DNA of 64,000 nucleotides from Felis catus. Taxonomy: Eukaryota. Numbering within the stretch: position 1 is the stretch's first letter; each line of letters begins with the position of its first letter. The DNA lies in NCBI RefSeq assembly GCF_018350175.1, contig NC_058382.1, positions 60,762,001-60,826,000 of the forward strand. Direction: 5' to 3'. Under the pieces are notes generated by a model. It was given only the letters and a program-made list of their open reading frames with translations, ran no database searches and was not told where the DNA came from. Below are positions 48,240-61,630 of the stretch, piece by piece. Made by a program: the position numbers and the translations under genes.

Positions 48240-48450
48240 TCTCCTCTCCGAGTCTACTCAAGTGCTCCTACCTCAGGGCCTTTGCACGGGCTGTTCCCTC
48301 TGCCAGGGAGTCTTTCCCCCAGATACCTTCATGGTATCGTGAGCTCACCTCCCCTGCGTCTTTGCCCAAAGGCAACCTTCTCTCTCAGTGAGGCCGAATG
48401 TCTAGAACCGCGCTGGGCACACAGTAGGCGCTCTGTACGTACTTGAATTA
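48240..48450 (+). mobile_element. L2 3' remnant (others near 24330, 35650, 51580)
   Basis: cctacctcagggcctttgcacgggctgttccctctgcc..., gggcacacagtaggcgctc motifs. Confidence 0.65.
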
Positions 48451-51400
48451 CCGCCAGGAGAATCCAGGGGGGAGCAGTTCGTGACGGCAGCCTCCGCGCC
48501 TCACCCGCTCCCTTTCAGCAGGTGTGAGTCCTGGCCCCCTGCGTGTCTGCCCCGCTGGAGGGTCTGGAGCCCAGCCTGCCCCGGGGAGAGCCCGGGGGTG
48601 CCTCGAGGGGAGTGCGCAACACCCCGCGAGGGCTGGGCAGCTCCGAGGGAAGAGCAGGGGCCTGTCCCCTGCAGACCCTCCAGCCGCCCCTTTGGGCAGC
48701 CCCACCCCAGAGCGGGGTAGCTCTGCCTGTCAGAAGCCCCTGGTCTGTCCGTCCGGGCTGGGCCTGGGCTTGTGGAACGCCGAGCGCGAGTGGTGAGTGT
48801 GCCCTCCTCACACGCCTGCCCTTGAGGAGGACACCCCTATCACCCACTTTCCAGTGGGGACACTGAGGCCCAGCGTCACACAGCAAGGGAGGCGCCCCAC
48901 AGGGACCCGCAGTGGCTCCCTACTTCCTTCCCTGTGGGGGTCAAGCTGCCGTGTGGCGTTCGGGGCCATACACGATTGCGCCCCAGCTGCCGCGTAGCCA
49001 CGTCCCCACTGCCCTCAGCACCCGCAGCGCCGCGCACCGGAAAGACGAGGAGACAGAAGGCGGGAGGCCAGGGCTCCGCCTGTCCCTCCTCTCTCGGACA
49101 GCGGCTCCACGTGGGGCCCAAAGCCCCCTTCTAATTACAAGCCTGACTCCACACCCACGGAGGAGACAAGAAGCCACACGTGCTCCCTGGAGGGCGGGAC
49201 CCGCAAGGGGCTCAAGGGTGCGTTCGGCATGGACCTCAGCGCAGCCCAGCGGCCGGCAGCCCTGGAAGGCCCAGAGCCGTGCCCCCGGTCTGTGCAGCCG
49301 CCCCCCCGAGGGCTCAGCACCTCCAAGGCCTCTGTGCCTACGGGGGGCGTGGGCATCCGCTGTGGCTCACTCGGTCCAGTGGGTTTCCTGGCCACGAGGG
49401 AAAGGGGCTCGGCCGGAGAGCTGTGAGAGGCAGGGCTGCAGGGTGGGGTGGGAAGGTCCCTGCAGGGAAGGCCGAGGGGCCCCTCCGTGGAGACCGTCAT
49501 CCCCTCGGGGGCCGCGGGGCTCTGTGCAGGGCCTGGGCCCCGGAGGCGGCCCTCAGCTCACACAGGATGTGTGGTTCCCCGGGGAGCGGTGCAGAGACTG
49601 GGGCAAGAGATCTCTCGTGGAGGAGGGGGCACTGAGCCCCCAGACCTCTGCCGTCCTGCCCCTCCTCCTTCACAGCCACCCCCTTGCAGTGGGGACCTTG
49701 CTCTCGGCCCTGGGGGTCTCTCCAAAGCCTCTCTGACTGGTGCGGGAGCAAGGGCTCCTCGGCCATGGGCGAGTGTGGGAGAAACAGGAAAAATGAGGCG
49801 TGAATTCCTAGGAAGACACACATTTCAGAAGGGTCCGACCAGCGACAGATGGGAGCCACCAGGCTGAGGAAGAGACGAACGGGCTTGGCGGGGCGGGGGG
49901 GGGGCCGCCTGCCTTCAGGGCAAACCCAGGATACTGGGTGACCCTCCATGCCCAGACGGGTGGGCTTGACCAGGAGGCTCCTGGGCCAAGGTCAGAGGGA
50001 AGGCCCGTCTTTGATCCCCAGTAAAGCCGCTCGGGATTTTTGGGGTGGGGGGGTGCAGCCCTGATGAGTCCCAGGTGCTTCCCACATCTGCTTTCTCTTA
50101 CAGCCTCTGCGGCCGGAGGAACAAGAAATAATATGAAAACACAGGGATTGGTATTTTTCCCTCCGCTGGTCGCAGCGGGCTTTCTGTGGCTTGGAGCCAT
50201 GGCCATCCAGAGCCTCCACGTGGCCCTTGGGGTCGTTCCTCTGGCCGTGAGCTCTGCGGACACCGCCCTGCCCACTGCGCGGTGCTGGGCCACCCCGGCC
50301 TGCCCGGCCTCGGGGACCCCGTGACTCCCCTGGGCCTGTGTGGCCAGTGGCAGAGGTCACGGGTCACCACGGCAACAAAGCCGGGCTGGGACTCAGGAGA
50401 GCAGGGCTCCCATCCTGCTCCGCCAACAACTGTGAACTCAGGAAAACGGCACATCTCTGAGCCTCGGTTTACCCACTGGTACACGGGGCCCATAATTCCC
50501 GCTTCTGCGGTGGGGGTGTTTTTGGGCCAGAGCCCAGAGGCGCTTCGCAAACCAGGGTTCCGGTTGGCTTCCTCTGTCCCGTCTCTGTCCCCTGGCTGGA
50601 CCGTCAGTGGCCTTTCTACTCTGGGCCTTGGTTTTCACCCCTGACAAGGAAGGCGGGGAGACCCCACCCCCAGGAGTCACAGAAGGGTGACCCACGGACA
50701 GAGTCCAGCACTCACAGACATGGCGTCTTGCTAAAGGTGCGCACGCGTCGGGGGCCTGCTGCAGGGTCCCGGGACGAAGGGCTGGCCCCCACGTGCCGCA
50801 CACCCCCACAACTTTGATTTTAAACTCGCTCCCTTTTGCCGGGAGCTGTTCGTGTTCCGGGCGCCGAAACCCTCTGTTCCTCAACTCCTCCTGAAAACGC
50901 CATGAGGTGCTAGAGCCCCCAGGTACAGTAGGGAAACCGAGGCACAGAGTGGCGCTGTCACCTGCCCCGGGGTCACACAGCCACCACACGGCAGATCCCA
51001 CGTGCGTCCGGCTCTAAGGCTGACGTCCCCAGCTGGTGCACGCAGAGCTCGTCCCTCCCTGTGAACGTGCGCACGGGGGTGACAGCGAGCCTGTGTCCAA
51101 GGGTGAGGGGTCCACAGGGAAGGCCCCTCGCAGCCACAGAGGGGACCCTGGGCGGTGTCCGGGCCGCCGTAAGCAGGCGTCACGACATCCCATCGGCAGT
51201 GAGAGGGAGCCGGTCGGCCTGGGTGGGAGGGTCCGTCTGTCACTGAGAGACGCAAAACTGGACCAGACGCTGCCCCACCTGAACGGCCTGCAGCCCCAGC
51301 CCAGGGGCCCCTCCAGGCCGGGCCCTCTCGCCGCTTCTGACCTGGGCACGTGGCCCCAGGCTGAGAGACCTCATCCCCGACACCTGTGGCCTGTCTGTCT

Positions 51401-52299
51401 CCTCCCAGCATCTCTGGAAAAGCATGGCACGTTTACTCTCTACGGACCGACCTGGGCCCATCAGGAACCGGGAAGACGGGGCGGGACCGTCCAGTTCGTG
51501 TTCCAGGGCCCGATGGGGGGCAGGCAGACAGGACCCCGCCACGCCTCCCGCACTCTGGCCGCCCTCCCCGCCACCTGCCTGTCCGGCACCCCTGTCCTGC
51601 TGCAGGCCTTTGCACCTGCTGGAGGGTTCCCCAGACCTTCACAAGGCTGTCTCCTCGTCAGTCGGCTCGGGCTCACATGTCCCTCCTCCTCGGAGAAGCC
51701 TTGCCCGGCCCCCAAGCCAGAACCGCCCCACCCTGCCCGTCCTGCCGCCTCACCCGACTTTACTTCCTTGGGGCCTCTTGTCTGCACCTGCGATCATCCC
51801 ATGTCGGTTGTCGTGTCCGCGGCCCGTCTCCCCGCTGACCGCTAACCCCCAGACGGAGCCCGGACGGTGCCGGGCAGGCGGCCGGTCTGCGGCACACCCT
51901 CGACGGTCTGTGGACCGGCCCCGCGAGAGAACCGGCGCCCCCGCCCGCCCGCCCTCCCTCGCGCTGCCCTGGGCTCCACCCTCCTCACATTCGAGAGCTT
52001 GGCTCCCTGCGGCGGGCAGAGCCTGGGCAGGCCTCGGCTGGGGGCGGCTCCGAGGCTGTACTCGAGGCAGCACGGCAGTACCCCGCAAAGTGCCGAGGAC
52101 CGGGGGCCGTTTGGAGCCTGCCCCGCAGCAATAAGCTTAAGACCCCCCCCCCCACCACCTGTGGGGTGGACGCATCACGAAAGGCCTCAGTCCTTCACCC
52201 TCCCTGACCCACGACCCTTGCTGTGTGACTGCCACTCTTCCAAGCACTCGACACGGCCGGGAGGCCCCTGCTCTGCGTCTGGGCTGGCCCCGGGCCTGG

Positions 52300-52626
52300 C
52301 TCCGGACGTGGGGGAAGTGAGAAGCGATGTCAGCCGACTCTGAGTCGGGACACGGGGGCGTTTGCTGCGCTCGCTCTCTTGTTCAGTCAGCCTGCCGGAG
52401 GACGGGACTCTCGTGGGGCAGAGCTGGCCCGGCTGAGTCCCCGGTCATGCGAGGGCCCACCCACAGTCTGCTGACCACAGGCCCGAAAGCAAGCCCGGTG
52501 GGACCAGAAGTGCCCAGGGGACCTGCCTAACCTGCCCGCCCCAAGAACTAGGAGCCAGACCACAGTGGTTGTTTCAGCAGCTAAGTTTTGTGGTGGTTTG
52601 TTACACAGTAGAAACTGACTGATACA
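52300..52626 (+). mobile_element. MaLR LTR 3' part (MLT1-like)
   Basis: Ends ctaagttttgtggtggtttgttacacagtagaaactgactgataca, typical of an MLT1 terminus; left boundary uncertain. Confidence 0.65.
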
Positions 52627-52769
52627 CTGTGGTATCGAGAACCATTGGGGAGCCGGAAGGGACTTCGGGGGCCAGGATCCCATCACAGCGCGCAAGGGGA
52701 AGCTGACCCGGAGACTCCCGCCTCTCTGCTTCTCATTCCTCTTGGGTGGCATCTCAGCGTGGACGGCCA

Positions 52770-53620
52770 CGTTCCCCTAGGGAATGCGTTCTAGGGAAAC
52801 CCTCGGGGACACAGGCAGAGAGTTATCTCTGAGGATGTTCATCATGGCGTTGTTTAGGAGCGCGACAAGAGGGGACAAACGAGGTGGCCCCAGTAGAGGG
52901 CCGCGAAGGAACTTCTCTGGTCGGTGCAGCATTACAGGACCTCAAACATCCCGCCGTGGGTGCCCTGGCTTTGGAAATTGCTTTTCAGTATCGACCAGCC
53001 CGAACCACCACACCACAGAACCCGCACAAGCGTGGGCACGGCGGCTTCGGCAGCAAGCGCCCTCCAGCCACTTGGCCAAGACGCCCAGGCTGGAAGCCAT
53101 CCGAATGCTCATCAGGTTCAGGGGCAAATGGGCCGTGGGAGGCCCGTCGGGGGAAGAGCACCGAGCGGGGAGAGCAGACGCACGCGGCGGCCCGTGAGAC
53201 CGCCTCTCGCCAACGTGCGGCCGCGTGAACGACGCCAGGCCCCAGACAGCTCGCGCCGGGCAGCTCCGCTCACGTCACGCGGCGCCGGCCCCGTCGTGGG
53301 AGTCGGGAGCCGGTCCCAATGCCGCGGCGACCGGGGCAGGTGACGTTGGCGACCGGGCACACCCGGAGGGCGCGAGCCGTCGGCTCCCGTGTGGGGGACG
53401 GAAGCCTCGCGGGCGAGCGGAAAGGACGCCACGGAATACTGTCGAATCGCGAGGGAAGGCGACCCGCACGTCCAAACCAGGAGGGGAGAAGCGCACGACG
53501 TTCTGCCTCGTGAACAAACGCACGCGCGGAGGAGGCACGAGGAGGCGGCCGTGGCTCCCGGGGGGACAGCGGTTCAGAGTCTGGGTTGGGGCCGGGCCGC
53601 GGGGCCCAGAGGCCGGCCGG
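52770..53620 (+). mobile_element. Very degenerate old L1 (L1M) 3' region
   Basis: aggatgttcatcatggcgttgttt, ctggaagccatccgaatgctcatca and later motifs follow the L1M 3' order with many A/T-to-G/C changes. Confidence 0.5.
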
Positions 53621-56600
53621 CCGCCGACGCCCCCAAACAAGCGGGGAGGGCACGGCCTCCTGGGCACGCGTCCCCGCCTTCTGCGGCCTCCTGGCGCCGA
53701 GCGAGCGCGAGGTTGGAGGGCAGGGGGGGCCGAGGGCTCCGAGCTGCCGTGCTCCCCAGAGGGGGCCGCAAATGCGACCCAGATGCCGGCCCGCGGGCCC
53801 TGCGGCTGGCGCGTGAAGGGAGCGCATTCCTCGCCCAGCTGCCGGGGCTGCACGGCCAAGAGTGAGCGCTCCCTCAGAGCCGCGGGGGAGGCGCCCTGCC
53901 ATCTGGCCGCCTGCTGGGGGGAGGGGCAGCGGGAGGAAGGGGTGCCCCCCTGCCCGGCACTGGTCCGGGAGCTCCGGGAGCCCCCTCCCAGGCCTCCCGC
54001 GCACGTCGGCCACCGAGGGGACGGGGCCTATCTGCACACAGGCGCACTCACCTGAGTGTGACTGGGCTGGGACAACGGGTGTGCTGTCATGGCTGGCCGG
54101 GTGGTTGAGTAGAGAGAGGACGGAGTATCAGGTGGACGGGCAGGTGGACGGACGGACAAGGGAATGGATGAGGGGACAGGTGGACGGGTGCAAAGGCAGG
54201 CGGACAGACAGGTGGACACACAGATCTGTGCAGCAGTGGGACAAGCCCGGTTCTGGGGTTGGGCGGGTGGAGTTTAGCTCGGGGTCTCACGTCTCGAGTG
54301 GCCCTTCCAAGGCCCTTCGCTCTTCCGAGCCTCGACTTCCTCATCTGCACACTGGGGGGGATGCTGTTCTGACGATCAAGCAAGCGCCCGTTAAGTGAGC
54401 ACCCCACGAGGACTTCTTCACTCACACACCTGGCTAGGACAGAACGGGGAGAGGGCTAGGGACCCCAGAAGGGCCCTCCCCTGGGTGGGGGAAAGTCAGC
54501 GAGGCCTCCCGGGTGAAGGACACGTACACTGAGATCTGAACAGCAGGGTCCAGCAGTTGGTTGTCCCCCGGGAGGGGCTGAGACAGAGCGCCGGGCGGGG
54601 GGGGGGGCGGCACAGGCAGACTCTGTGGGGTCCCTGCGTGCCCGTTTCCTATGGGAGGGGTGAGACCCCAAGAAAGGATGTAAAACCCCCCTGGAGTTTT
54701 TTAAAGGCGACCGAATATATATTCAGAGAATCTCTAAAAGGAAACAGAAACTGCCCTTGGGGAGAAGGGGGGCAAGATTTCCTTCTCTCTTTCTTCCGGA
54801 CTAGCCACCTCCCCTTTAAACCTTGCCCTTGGTTTGTTTTTAAACTGCCTGCTAGCCACCAGCACTGCCCCTCCCGCCACAAAGGGGATAACGGAGTGAC
54901 AGGTAGTTAGGAGCCGTCACCCAAGTGAATAAACGGATCTCGGTCCCAGATCACTTAGCTAGGAAAAGGACTTGAAGTCCAGGGAGGTCCTCCGCCCTGG
55001 GGTGTAAGTTAGCCAGGCCGCCCTCCGACGGGGCCGATCAAGTGGGGAGGGGCACAGGCGGCCGCGGGCACACCCTGGGCTGGGGTGTTCAGTGTCAGAG
55101 AAGCTTCCAGGAGCGGCGACGAGTGGCTGGAGCCTGGTGGCCGTGGGGTTCGCACACCCGGAGAAAGGAGGCGCTCACGGGGACCGAAGTCACCACGCAC
55201 CACACTGCGCGGGCATCCACGGCGGGCAGCGGCGGGGGGCGCGACAGAAGGTCCAGCCAGTCTGTGGAGGGTCTGGAAAACCCGGCCAAGCGCTTAGGAT
55301 TCTCCTCTGCTGGCAATGGGGCGCCACGGAAGGCTTAACTGATCCCCAAAGTGTTTTCATTGTTTAAGAAATGTGCAAATTGGCTGCATATCACCTTGAA
55401 CTCTCCAGAGGAAAGCTTCCAGAATTTAAAATGATAGCGCCGCTCGAATGAATGCTAAATAACAATTAGACCCTGGCGCTGTGTCCTGCACGGGTGTCCA
55501 ACCGAGGGCCCTTCCCCGAGTGCCAGGCGATTCTCCCGCCAGCCCCCAGCCACAGAACGGCCACCCTCGTGTGTGCGCGACCCGTGTGGACCTGTTCACC
55601 TGTCACGTGCATGCAAGAGACACGAATGCAGACGGCGGTGTGGCACCCAGGACGCGGAGACCTCTCTGAGCCTCACGGTCTCCCCCGAGGGGTGCAGACA
55701 CAGCCCCCCGGTGACAGCCCCTGAGGGACCCCGGGAGACACCGTGCAAACAGACCCTCAAACAGGAGCGGGGGCAGGGAGGCGCTGGAGACACCCGCCCA
55801 GGGGGAGGCGGGGGCATGAGGAGGCAGCTGGGCTGACTGTCCCCAGGCTGGCGCTGATGTTCCCTCTCTACTGTGACGAGGAGGAACCGTCAGCAGGTGC
55901 ACCTGAGCTGCGGCGAGAGTCGGCCCCTCACAGCCTTCATGCCCGATGCAGGGAGCCTCTGTGGGCCCGGGACCTGGGAAGGGCCAGACCCGTGGCTCCC
56001 GGCCCCTCCCAGGGGCACACGCAGGGTCTCCCGCCGCAGACATCCCAGGACGGTCCTCCTGCCTCTGCCTCCGTGGGGTTTGGGTTGCTAGCAGATTCAG
56101 GCCTCCTCTGGCAGAGCACTTGGTAAAGGCAGGAGGCCAGCCCAACACGTCACAGCTCACAGCTCACAGCACCCGGGAGGCCCTCACTTCCCAGATGTTC
56201 GGAGAGGTTCAGGTCCTGGCCCCAGGTCACACAGCATTGAAGAAGGGCCTGTGATCCCCGCTCACCTCCTCAGACATCCACGACTGTGGTTCACTTTATG
56301 ATTTAACCGCCGCAACGCAGGAGGGGTCTGGAGGCTGGGTGGTCTCACAGCACCTCCAGGAGGGAGGGAACTGAGCCCGCCTCATGGTGGCTACTGACCA
56401 CATTCTGCAGGGCCCTCTCCCTGGTGGATTCTGGAACATTCCGTCTTCGTGCCCCAGGAGCCATCAAAATGTCCCGGAAACTCTAGCCGTATGTCACCCA
56501 GAAGGCACAGCCCAGACTCTGTCAGGGCAGGTGCTGCCATGAGCCTCAAGGGGATCGCTCTCCCCAGCTTTCAGTGCCGAGAATTTCTGCGCGTTCGCTG

Positions 56601-59600
56601 CGCATCCCCGGCCAAGGTCTGGTCACAGGCCCTGCTACTTACCCTACTTCCAGAGAAGTCGGCAACGTGCCCGCGGTGACAGGCCGCCACGGGCAGGGAG
56701 GAGAACCCCGCTCCGGCAACGCTCCACCGGCAAAGACACGGGGACGGGGGAACGGGGTCCCCAGCCCTCCGCCCGCCACCCCAAGTGGCCTCTGTGGACG
56801 ATTCTTGTGGATGCTTCCGGATGTTTCTGCGCGGATACACCCTGTGCGTGCTCACCCTTTAAGAAAAGGCAAACTCCGGCAAGACTCCGCCTGGGGCCTT
56901 TCTCCGCTGGGCTCGTGCGCGTCCGAGGACGCGGGGTCTCCTCGCCCGGTGCCTGGACGCGGGCGTGATTAGCTCTTCCTTGGAGAGTTAACGGGATCAG
57001 AGCGAAACCAGCACCACCGCCAGGCATACAGTAAGTACCAACCTGGGGCCAGCCTACGCCTGGGAACTCCCGGAACACTAGTTGCCTCCGCGGGGCTCCT
57101 GGGCTCTCCCTGCGCACTGGCTCACCCGGCCTGCCTACAGCCCCGGGGGGACGAGGACAGGGCAGGACGGGGCAGGTCGGGCCGGGGCCGCTGTTCGCTG
57201 GCGCACGCGGGTCCTTCATCGCTGAGAGCTCCTGCGACTACCGCGGAAGGTTCTAGGGCCGTGCATCAGGGGCACCATGAGCAAGGCGGCCGCGTGACGA
57301 GGAACCTAATCTGTACTTTCGCTCCATTCGACTCCACGTGGTGCACAGTGGCCGTGCCACACGCACGGCCCCAGCACGTACCCCCCCCCCCCCCCGAGGC
57401 GCCAGACTGCAGGTGGAAAGGGTGCTCCTCCCCTCCCGCCAGAGGGGCGCCCACCTGCCTGCCCGCCTTCTGCCCAAACAGGGTCCCCTGCTCCCCAGAG
57501 CCATCTAGGGAGGCGCCACCGAGAGCCGGTGTCCCCACGACCTGGGAACAACACCTCGTTTCTCTGAATTGAAAGAAAACAGCGTCCTCTGGAAGCAAAC
57601 CTTTTAAACAGATGTTTCCTCTCGGCCCCCCCTCCCCCCCAGGCCTCCCTCGAGGTGGGGCCTGCTCGCTCTCACACCCAGGCACCGGGGAGACCGACGG
57701 ATTTCAGTTCTTTTTAGGAAAGGGGAGGAAAATATTTTTAAAAATGTGTTTTACAAGCCTGGCTTTGCCATTGTTTATGTAAACAGGTAAATTGTTTCCT
57801 GCCTCAATTAAAAACATCTGCCACATAAATGAATACCAATTAACTCATCCTGTTTTTAATTACTCTGTTAATTACACGCAGGCAGCAGAAAGGACGGCTG
57901 GGAGTAGGAAAGCGAGTGGTCCCTCCCCCAGCTTGGCAAGGATCTGGAATGTGTCTGGCTCCTGGTGGAGGAGGGTGGCAGGGAGGTGGTGGCAAAGCGC
58001 CAGCCGGGATTCCCCGATCTGGGGCTGTCGCGCGGGCACCTCTTCCCGGGGCCCCTGGCTCACCGCGAGGAAGGCGGAGGCCCTCCTGTCCCTCAGGCAC
58101 TGAAGAGGGGGGACGGGCCTTCAGGGCGCCCCCTCACATCTCGGCGCCCTTTTGCCGGGGAGGGGGGCCTGGATCTCGCCCAGGAAGGCCTGTCTGCAGG
58201 GGATCGGGGACCCCCTAAGAGCGGGTGCTGCTGGCAAATAATAATGGGGGCAGCGGCTGCTGACGGACACCTTGCCGAATGCCTGCCTTGCCCGAGCCGC
58301 CTCCGGGGAGCACCCCCGCCCCTGCCAGCATTTCCTACCAGCCTGACCCTCCTCCTCAGCCTCCACTGCGGGCCGTAACCCCCCGGCCCGGCCCGCCCGC
58401 TTCACCGTCCGGCCCAGGGCACGCGGAGGTTCGTGGGAGGCGGGCACAGCCCATCCAAGGTCCCGTGGCCCGCGCCTGCCGGAGCAGGGTTTACACCAGG
58501 ACTGCAGTTCCAGGGCCTGTGGCGAGTAGCGTGGTCTACACCACAGCGGCCACGCTCGGGCTCTCTGCTTCCTGGGGCACCTCAGGGTCCTCGCTCTACC
58601 CGCAACGGCACATCCCGCCTCCCACGGATGCGAGCGGCTGTCGGACCCGTTCCCATCTCTTCCCCAGGTTTGCCGGTTTACAGATGCTGAGATGGTCAGG
58701 TCCTGTCCGGGCTGAGGGGCCGACAGCTCTGCATCCACGTGCCAAGTCCAGGCAAGAAGTGGGCACAGGGCCGCTCCTGAGAAGGAGGTATGCTGTTGGC
58801 TCAGGCGGACCCAAAGGGAAGGGAGGGCCGCGGTCCCTCGGCCACGTCTGCCCTGGGCATCACCGTGGCTCGAGCGGGTATGCTGTCTGTGTATGGGCAC
58901 GTGACGGTCCGGCCCACCTCTCACTCCACCAGCGAGAAACCCGATGTCCCCAGTGTTCTAGAACATTCTGCCTATCCTACTATGTGTGGGTGTCTGTTTA
59001 GGGGGCTGCCTGAGCCGGGGGGCCTTCTCGGATTGGTGAGTCGACGATACACAAGAGATAGGCCCGAGTCTACCCCATGCCATCTCTGGGGGCAGATCCC
59101 TTCCAAAGCTGGGTCCCAGTGCAGCCCTCGGGACCGGTGACCGGCCCCTGCTGGAATCCAGTTCCAGCCTCGGAGGGAGGACAGGCAAACAGCCGATGCT
59201 ACGTGTCTGACAAGACATTAACTGGTCCAATCCTTCCAACAGCCTGTGAGGTCGTTCTGTCATTTAATAATCATAGTGAAAACCTAAAACGTGTCACTCC
59301 TCCCATCGTATAGATGGGACAGCAGAGGCACAGAGAGGTTCAGTAACCACCCAAAGCACACAGCTAAGCAGGCCGGAGTGGGGGTTATGACCCAGTCCGT
59401 GCAGCTCCACACAGGCCCCTGCCTGAGCTCACACAGCTGCCCGCGCCCAGCCTGGTCCTACCGATACCCCAAGCCTCCCCGGTTTGGCAAGCAGGGAGGG
59501 GAAACCTCGCAGGGTGCCCCAGTCAAGCAGAAGCTGGGGGAGGGGTTGGGTACAACCCTCGGGTCTGAAGTCCGCTGTGTGCCCACCTCCCGGCCATGGG

Positions 59601-61339
59601 CCGTGGGCATGGCCCTCTGCCGGGCGTGGCCCCAACATTTCCCCTCGGAGATGGAGGGGCGCTCGCCTCTGCTTCGACGCGTGGGCATGTGGACTTGGCC
59701 CTTCTACAGGTCTCTCTGCCGACGGCTCCCTGCCTGCCTCCTCTTCCAGGCAGGCCACCAGGCTGACCTGTGTGTTGGCTGGCAGTCTCCTGAGCCACTG
59801 GGGGCCAAGGCCCCATTTCTCAGGACCCACCCTGCACGCTGTCCGGGAGACTTGCACGCCCAGACCTTGGCCTGGGGTGGAGGTCTCCAGACCTTCTGGA
59901 ACGTACATTTCCTTTCCACACCCAGCAGCCATCATGAGGTCTGGGCTGTTTCCCTGGGGCCTTCTAACTGATTTGAGCAATAAATTGCATCTAATAGCAG
60001 TGAAGTCATTTGGGGGCAGGGACTCCCCACAGCACGTGGGGCAGCACTGGGCCCACGGAAGCAGCAGAGGGTCCTGACATGGGGAGGCCGGCTTGCCAAC
60101 CCTGAGCCTGTCTCTGCCCCCATTGGCTCTCCCAGGGGCAACGGGAAGCAGGGTGTCCCCAAGGCCTGTCCTTCCAGGCTGGGAGACCCCTGGCCAGCTG
60201 CCCTGGGTGGTCCGGACGCGGGGGCCTCGCCCACTTGGGGGGAGGAGCCCCACCTCCACCGGGGGGTGCGGACCGAGGGGCGCAGAGTGCAGGAGGGGCT
60301 CCCCCATCCGCAGGAAGCATTTCCGCCCCGTCTGAGTCCCATGGGGAACTCGGGCGGCGGGCGTGGACCTGGGAGAAGGCTGACGCCGGGGGTCAGTGAG
60401 CACTCACCGTGCCCGCCCCGGGCTCCGCGTCCACCCCCGGCACCAGCCCCCGGGGCGGGACTGCTGGGCCGTTTCCCAGGACACAGAGAGGGCAGGAGCC
60501 TGGACCCCGGGCACCGCACGGCTCCCATCCCTGCTGGCCCCTGCCCCCCCCCCCCCCCCCAGCCTTGGGAAGGCGCCAGGCGGGCAGATGGGCCCCGTGC
60601 TGGCGCAGCCGCGGTGGCAGCTGTGCTGGGGGAGGGGAGAGCCAAGCCGGGCCCTGCCGCCTCCCGGCCTCCCGCGTAAGCGGGAACCTTCTGGATGTTT
60701 TGACTCATTCCACCAAATAGTCTCACAGAACCTCGAGGGGATCTGGGGTAGGTTCCTGCTGAGTCAAACAGCCCTGCGGGGATTTTCTGAGGCCTCTGAG
60801 GCTGGTGGAGGCCTGGTCTCCCATTGGATGGTAGGGAAACCCCAGGCTTGGGGAGGCTGGGGACAGGCCCTGGCTCCCATCTGCGTCCTCCCCCCCCCCC
60901 CCCCGCCCTGACACACACGGGGAGTCCAGCATCCTTCTGGACTTCGTCTCCTGGGTGCCCTCGGGCTGGGCCCCATGTCACACTGCCCCCACTCTGCGTA
61001 CTGTGACAGTGTTCACGGGGACTTATTTTGAAGAAACAAGCCGAGAAGGGCGGGGTAGAAAGACAAGGGTCCCGGCCTCGAAAAGGCCCCCCACCTGGCC
61101 CACCCTCCCCGGCAGGGCGGCTCCTCAGGAGGAGGGTCCTGGCGCACAGCAGGTGCACCCTGAATGTCTGTTGGACTCACTGTCCCCTTCTGTGAGATGG
61201 GAGTGAGCCCGCCATTCTGACAGGCCGCTGGCACGACCACCCGCTAAGGCAGACCTGACACGGGAGGCAGCACCCCAAGCTTCCGGAAGCCACGGCCAGC
61301 GGGTGTGCCCAGCATGCGTCCAGTGGGCGTGTGCTCAGT

Positions 61340-61630
61340 TTTTGCTGAGCAAAGTCAGCCCATCTCGACAGGACAGACACTGTAAGGTCCCACTTACACG
61401 AGGTCCCTAGAGAGTCAGATCCACAGAGACGGTAACAGATGGGGTCCTGGGGCGGGGGGAAGGGGTGTTTCATGGGGACGGAGCTCCAATTGGGAAGATG
61501 AGAAAGTTCTGGAAGCGGATGGTGTGATGGCTGCACAGCATGAAGGTACTCAATGCCCCTGAACTGGACGCTGAGAAATAGTTAAGACGGTCAATTTTAT
61601 GCCCTGTGTATTTTGCCACACTTAAAAAAC
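61340..61630 (+). mobile_element. L1MB-like LINE-1 3' end
   Basis: gggaagatgagaaagttctgga..ggatggtgtgatggctgcacagcatgaaggtactcaatgcccctgaactg...aattttatg..tgtgtattttgccacacttaaaaaa. Confidence 0.85.

Noticed and set aside
59429..61158. 324- and 408-aa minus-strand ORFs as a possible CBFA2T3 exon 1
   Set aside because: No resemblance to the recalled MTG16 N-terminus; length is explained by GC content.
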